Positions 59,506 to 64,000 of a DNA stretch of 64,000 bases are shown here, piece after piece. Below the pieces are notes generated by a model that was not told the DNA's origin, made no database searches, and was given only the letters and a program-made list of their open reading frames with translations. Source of the DNA: an uncultured Methanosarcinales archaeon (GTDB taxonomy: Archaea > Nanobdellota > Nanobdellia > Woesearchaeales > DATDXC01). A program made the position numbers and the translations under genes. How positions within the stretch are numbered: position 1 is the first letter of the stretch; each line of letters starts with the position of its first letter. The DNA is taken from contig CAZDZV010000002.1 in the NCBI GenBank assembly GCA_964510025.1, positions 1-64,000 on the forward strand, in the 5' to 3' direction.

Positions 59506-61208
59506 TGGGCAACATATTCTTTGACATCGGGCTGATAATAATAGTAGCGACAGTTTTTGCATTCATAGCCAGGCTCATGAAGCAGCCTTTGATCCCCGCA
59601 TATATACTGACAGGCCTGATACTGGGGCCGTGGATGGGGCTTATAACGGAAAGATCAACGATTATGATACTTTCGGAGATAGGCATCGCCTTTCTTCTTT
59701 TCATCGTCGGACTGGAGATCGACCTGAAGAAACTGAAGAACATAGGCCTTGTAGGAACCTTAGGGGGCACAATACAGGTCATAACATTGTTCACTGCCGG
59801 CTTTATAGCTGCTGCTGTGCTTGGATTCCTGACTCTCGAAGCAGTATACATAGGTGTGGTCATGAGCTTCAGCTCAACCATGGTAGTTCTGAAGCTATTG
59901 TCTGACAAGAGAGAGCTGGATACTCTTCATGGCAGGATTGTCACAGGAATATTGCTTATCCAGGATGTATTCGCCATATTTGCGATCTCAGTACTGGCTA
60001 CGCTAAACAGTTTTTCTGCAGCGGCCCTGCTTTTATCCTTCCTGAAGGCTGTGGTCGTGATAGTCATTGCAATAGGGGCAAGCAAGTATGTGTTTCCAAA
60101 GCTCTTCAAATTTGCTGCAAAAAGCCAGGAGCTTCTGCTTCTGCTGGCACTATGCGTCTGTTTCCTTTTCTCAATACTATTCAACTATATAGGATTCTCG
60201 ATTGTGATTGGAGCTTTTATCGCAGGAGTCACATTGGCTAACCTGCCTTACAACATAGAGATAATCAGCAAGGTCAAGTCATTGAGGGATTTCTTCTCGA
60301 CCATCTTTTTTGTATCCTTAGGGATGGAGATAATGATAGGATCTGTAAACAGGCTTATCCTGCCATTGATAATATTCATGTTTATCATTGTCGTGATCAA
60401 GCCCATAGTGATACTCTTCCTTACAGCTTATTTTGGATTCAAGAGCAGGACAGCCTTCTATACAGGGATGACATTGTCCCAGATAAGCGAATTTTCGCTG
60501 ATAATCATGTCGCAAGGACTGGTGCTGGGGCATGTTTCCAGGGAGATGGTGTCCCTGACAATCATACTGGCTATTGCATCCATCGCGTTGACCTCTTATT
60601 ATGTGAAATACGACAACTTCATCTATAGGAAGCTTGCCAAGAAACTTAAGATATTTGACAAGTTCACAGACAACAAGCTGGAGGAGCTGGAATATCTTCC
60701 ACGAAAAAACCCCGCCGTGATCCTATGCGGATACAACAGGATAGGCTACAGCATAGGGAGAACAATAAAGAAGATGAAAAAGAGCATGGTCATCGTGGAT
60801 TTCAATCCTGAGGTTATCAAATATCTGATCAAGCACAAGAATGCATGCATATATGGGGACATAGGCGATACGGAATTTTTGGAACGGCTGCCGCTGAAAG
60901 ACGCCAAGATGGTAATATCCACTGTACCGGATGAGATAGACAACCTGCTATTGATCAAGAAGGTCAAGCACGTGAACAAGGATGCCGTGGTATATGTTAC
61001 AGCAAACCAGGTGGAGGAGGCTTTAGACCTTTATGATGCCGGCGCAGACTATGTCATACTGCCCCATTTTCTCGGAGGGGAGCATGTTTCTGTATTGATC
61101 GAGGATTTTACCGGAGATGTAAACAAGATAATCGCAAACAAACTGAACCATATCAAGGAGCTGCATCAAAGAAAGCATCTTGGTCATGACCACCCTTTGA
61201 GGCACTGA
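59505..61208 (+). CDS. CPA2/Kef-type cation:proton antiporter with TrkA-N (RCK) domain
   Basis: FLLFIVGLE, FSST.VV.KLL, QD, SQISEFS, LCGYNRIG. Confidence 0.92.
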   Translation: MGNIFFDIGLIIIVATVFAFIARLMKQPLIPAYILTGLILGPWMGLITERSTIMILSEIGIAFLLFIVGLEIDLKKLKNIGLVGTLGGTIQVITLFTAGFIAAAVLGFLTLEAVYIGVVMSFSSTMVVLKLLSDKRELDTLHGRIVTGILLIQDVFAIFAISVLATLNSFSAAALLLSFLKAVVVIVIAIGASKYVFPKLFKFAAKSQELLLLLALCVCFLFSILFNYIGFSIVIGAFIAGVTLANLPYNIEIISKVKSLRDFFSTIFFVSLGMEIMIGSVNRLILPLIIFMFIIVVIKPIVILFLTAYFGFKSRTAFYTGMTLSQISEFSLIIMSQGLVLGHVSREMVSLTIILAIASIALTSYYVKYDNFIYRKLAKKLKIFDKFTDNKLEELEYLPRKNPAVILCGYNRIGYSIGRTIKKMKKSMVIVDFNPEVIKYLIKHKNACIYGDIGDTEFLERLPLKDAKMVISTVPDEIDNLLLIKKVKHVNKDAVVYVTANQVEEALDLYDAGADYVILPHFLGGEHVSVLIEDFTGDVNKIIANKLNHIKELHQRKHLGHDHPLRH

Positions 61209-61209
61209 T

Positions 61210-61467
61210 ATGAAAGAGCTTAAAAAAAGGGCAAGGCTGCTGGATCCAGCTGCCAGGATAGGGAAGAATGGCCTGACAGAGGGTACTGTAGAGGAGATAA
61301 AAAGGCTGCTGGAAAAAAGAAAGCTTATTAAGGTAAAGTTCCTGAGTTCTGCTGTAAAGGGAAAAAACAAGAAAGAGCTTGCAAAGGAACTGGCGCAAAG
61401 AACTGGAGCAGAACTTATTGATATGGTCGGATTTGTGGCAATTTTGTACAGAAATGAAAAAAATTAA
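61210..61467 (+). CDS. yhbY: YhbY/CRM-domain RNA-binding protein
   Basis: L.P...IGKNGL, LIKVK, VG...ILYR. Confidence 0.9.
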   Translation: MKELKKRARLLDPAARIGKNGLTEGTVEEIKRLLEKRKLIKVKFLSSAVKGKNKKELAKELAQRTGAELIDMVGFVAILYRNEKN

Positions 61468-61493
61468 ATATTTTGCAGGCTTAATGGTCTAAG

Positions 61494-62909
61494 ATGGTAG
61501 AGCTGGCAGATATAAAGAGATACGGATTTGAGCCTGAGATAGATGAAGAAGCCCGAAAGGCTGACCCGATATTCACAGGATACCCAAAACCTACGAATCG
61601 GGACAGGATGTATGTTGAGGGCTATAATATGTCTATTGAAGAGCCTTATTTCTGGGTGCTGCATTATCTAAGATATTTTTGCGGATTTACAAAATTTGAG
61701 AAGATTACCGATATTTTCGCAGCTGCAGAGAACTCTTCCTTTTTCGGCAGCTCCCAGCAGAGGCTAGGTGCGCAGCAGGATAAGGTAAGCCAATATCTGG
61801 CTACTGTGGGCAAGATGGTGAAGGAGCTGTTCCAGCTTGTAAGGGAGCTAAGGGTCCTGGATGAGAGGCTCAGCTATTATGTCGATTCCTATAGGGAAAA
61901 AAGCCCGAGCAGGGAGAGCGCAGAGATTACTCTCAAAGGGATCTGGGTGGATATGGTAGAACAGGGAGCAAAAAATCCAGCTTCAGTATATGGTATGGCA
62001 AGGGAAGTGCAGTTTACAACCCTGCCTGACCTGTTCTTCAGCACCCATCCTGTAAAACAGGAGGATGTTGATGTCTACGTTGAAACGTATAGGGGAGAAT
62101 TCAACAGGAAGGTAAGGGAGGTCCTCAAGAGAAAATTAAGGACTTTCCTGACATGGAAAGAGCACACTTTTGAAGAGATAAAGAACAGGAGAAAATTTAC
62201 CCTGAAATACCTCAGGCAGCACTATGAGATAATAAGGCTGTATATGGCATGGGTAAAGCCCTATCTCCGAAACGTACAAAGGCTTCAGATGGACCAGAAA
62301 CAGATGGATACTGTCGATTTGTTGGTTGCGTTTGAGACATCGATAATTGAAGTTGAATATATCGCCCATATGGACACTGATGTAAGTCCTGTAGTGCTGA
62401 TGTCTTTCTGGTTCAGGACCAGGCCTGAGATGAGCTATCAGCAGGAAGGATGGCAGAAAGGTCCTCTGCATGTAGGCAGAGTCCATATTAACTTCAGAAG
62501 CTATGGGTGGACAAAAGAAGAGATAGAAAAATATAAGGAGATGAAAAAGGAGGAGGAATTCAAGCTTCTTGGGCTTATTGACGGCTCTGTCAAGGCAGCC
62601 ATGGAAGCGCTGGGGGATGAGCTTATGAGATACCTGGCAGAGGCTGGAGAAGACAGCGTAAAGCCAAGGCCGGAATCTGACAAGCTGAGCAAGGACGAAA
62701 AAGGTAACCCTGCGATGCTTAGGATTCTAAATCCATTCAAGAGCATAAACGACCTGCTCAAGCCTGTAAAGTCGTCGTCAAAGAAGGCAAGCCCTAAAGC
62801 GGCAGCTGAGATTGCCGCCAAAAAAGCAAGTTCAGGGAAAAAAGCGATAAGCCTTATGAACTCTGTCTACCAACATTTCAAGAAGCATCATGCAATGCTA
62901 AACTGGTAA
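61494..62909 (+). CDS. Hypothetical protein (471 aa, largely helical)
   Basis: Long ORF with normal composition; no motif assigned. Confidence 0.8.
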   Translation: MVELADIKRYGFEPEIDEEARKADPIFTGYPKPTNRDRMYVEGYNMSIEEPYFWVLHYLRYFCGFTKFEKITDIFAAAENSSFFGSSQQRLGAQQDKVSQYLATVGKMVKELFQLVRELRVLDERLSYYVDSYREKSPSRESAEITLKGIWVDMVEQGAKNPASVYGMAREVQFTTLPDLFFSTHPVKQEDVDVYVETYRGEFNRKVREVLKRKLRTFLTWKEHTFEEIKNRRKFTLKYLRQHYEIIRLYMAWVKPYLRNVQRLQMDQKQMDTVDLLVAFETSIIEVEYIAHMDTDVSPVVLMSFWFRTRPEMSYQQEGWQKGPLHVGRVHINFRSYGWTKEEIEKYKEMKKEEEFKLLGLIDGSVKAAMEALGDELMRYLAEAGEDSVKPRPESDKLSKDEKGNPAMLRILNPFKSINDLLKPVKSSSKKASPKAAAEIAAKKASSGKKAISLMNSVYQHFKKHHAMLNW

Positions 62910-62911
62910 AA

Positions 62912-64000
62912 ATGCAATTTTACACACATCATCCGATGGTCGATTACATGGGGGGTATCTCCGACTACAAGAATTCCATGGACCCAGGGAACTACAGCCC
63001 TTCGACAGGAGAGCAGCTCAATATGAGCATCAAGGATATTGGAATGTCTGTACCTATGGGCATATCAGCAGCAAATGTTTCCGGGATATACAGCAAGATA
63101 AGGATGGGCGCTGGCTCGATCGAGATCGGATTTCCTGGTGTGTTTTCAGGCCAGAGGCAGGCTCAAACCCCTGGCATGTACGGAGAAGACCAGAGGCAGG
63201 CAATAAAGGAGCTGGCCAAGATCAACGAGATCAACCTTACCACTCACAGCGCCTACAACATAATGGGGCTGATGGGCAGGGACCAGAGGGATAATTTCTC
63301 ATTGACAAATGCAAAAGCCAGTGAGCTCGAGATTGAAAGAGCCATTGATTTTGCTGCAGATACCGCCGGAAAGGGATCTGTGGTAGTGCATACCGGAGAA
63401 TGGGAAAGGCCGCTGACAGACATAACAGTAGATGATGCGACCTGGCAGAAAAACTACTCCTACTCTGATGACGGAAGGCTGATGTTCAGAAAAAGGGTGC
63501 CTGAGCTTCACGATGCAAATTTTGTTCTGCTGGATGACAGGACAAGCCAGAAGATGGAGACAGTGCAGAAAGACCGGAAGGTAGCTGTGCCTAAGTGGAG
63601 AAAAGCAGAAGATGATTATGAAGGCATATACCAGGACAATATCCATATTATCGATCCAAATGATAAGTGGATGGAGAATTACAAAGGGCAAAAGGTAAAG
63701 ATCAAAAAAGGAGACTATATAGACTATGAGGGCAAGAAGATAATAAACCCCTATGACCCGAAATACGGAAGGGTCCCTGAATTTGACGAAGGCACAAGCA
63801 GGTTCAAGGTGGAATACAGGGTCTGGGATGATTTTATTGAAGAGGCAAAAGAGCAGACAGAGTGGAAGCGGCAGCACTGGGTGGAGATGACTGGCAAGAG
63901 ACCTGAAAATGATGAGCATTGGTATTATGACGGCGTTATATATCCTGATGAGGCGTTCCTGCATGCCACTCTGGAGACCAATGAAGGGCATTCAAGAGGA
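62912..64000 (+). CDS. Large protein, possible xylose-isomerase/AP-endonuclease-like TIM barrel (truncated by window end; absent from ORF track)
   Basis: Open frame of 363 codons from ATG 62912; GAGSIEIG, LTTHS, EIERAIDFAAD...GSVVVHTGE. Confidence 0.7.
   Translation, partial: MQFYTHHPMVDYMGGISDYKNSMDPGNYSPSTGEQLNMSIKDIGMSVPMGISAANVSGIYSKIRMGAGSIEIGFPGVFSGQRQAQTPGMYGEDQRQAIKELAKINEINLTTHSAYNIMGLMGRDQRDNFSLTNAKASELEIERAIDFAADTAGKGSVVVHTGEWERPLTDITVDDATWQKNYSYSDDGRLMFRKRVPELHDANFVLLDDRTSQKMETVQKDRKVAVPKWRKAEDDYEGIYQDNIHIIDPNDKWMENYKGQKVKIKKGDYIDYEGKKIINPYDPKYGRVPEFDEGTSRFKVEYRVWDDFIEEAKEQTEWKRQHWVEMTGKRPENDEHWYYDGVIYPDEAFLHATLETNEGHSRG

Noticed and set aside
63299..63991. 230-aa minus-strand ORF
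   Set aside because: Antisense shadow of the open plus-strand gene from 62912.
1..64000. CRISPR array, rRNA, transposase or provirus
   Set aside because: No regularly spaced repeats, rRNA-like stretch or hallmark genes seen.

Overview
This is a gene-dense archaeal chromosomal segment. The evidence is aIF-1A, L44e, Bud32, Dph2, a class III-signal pilin, TATA-type promoters and intron-containing tRNAs. Gene content resembles DPANN/Woesearchaeota, which is an inference and not a computed placement. Housekeeping content includes glyA, metal uptake (NRAMP-like/MgtE-like pair, DtxR-FeoB with a palindromic operator), tatAC, ribA, bacterial-type glycolysis genes (glk, PPi-type pfk, gpmI), a very eukaryote-like enolase, a serine cluster, nnrE/nnrD and several large secreted S8/beta-helix surface proteins. 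The most striking feature lies at ~28.8-41.0 kb. A 1579-aa secreted protein ends in only the N-terminal 63 aa of a Hint (intein-like) domain. The missing 71-aa C-terminal half is encoded twice, in two separate genes, each with its own signal peptide and an unrelated C-terminal cargo. This looks like a secreted, naturally split Hint system with interchangeable payloads, resembling a polymorphic toxin assembled in trans. All family calls come from motif recognition by eye; no searches were run.
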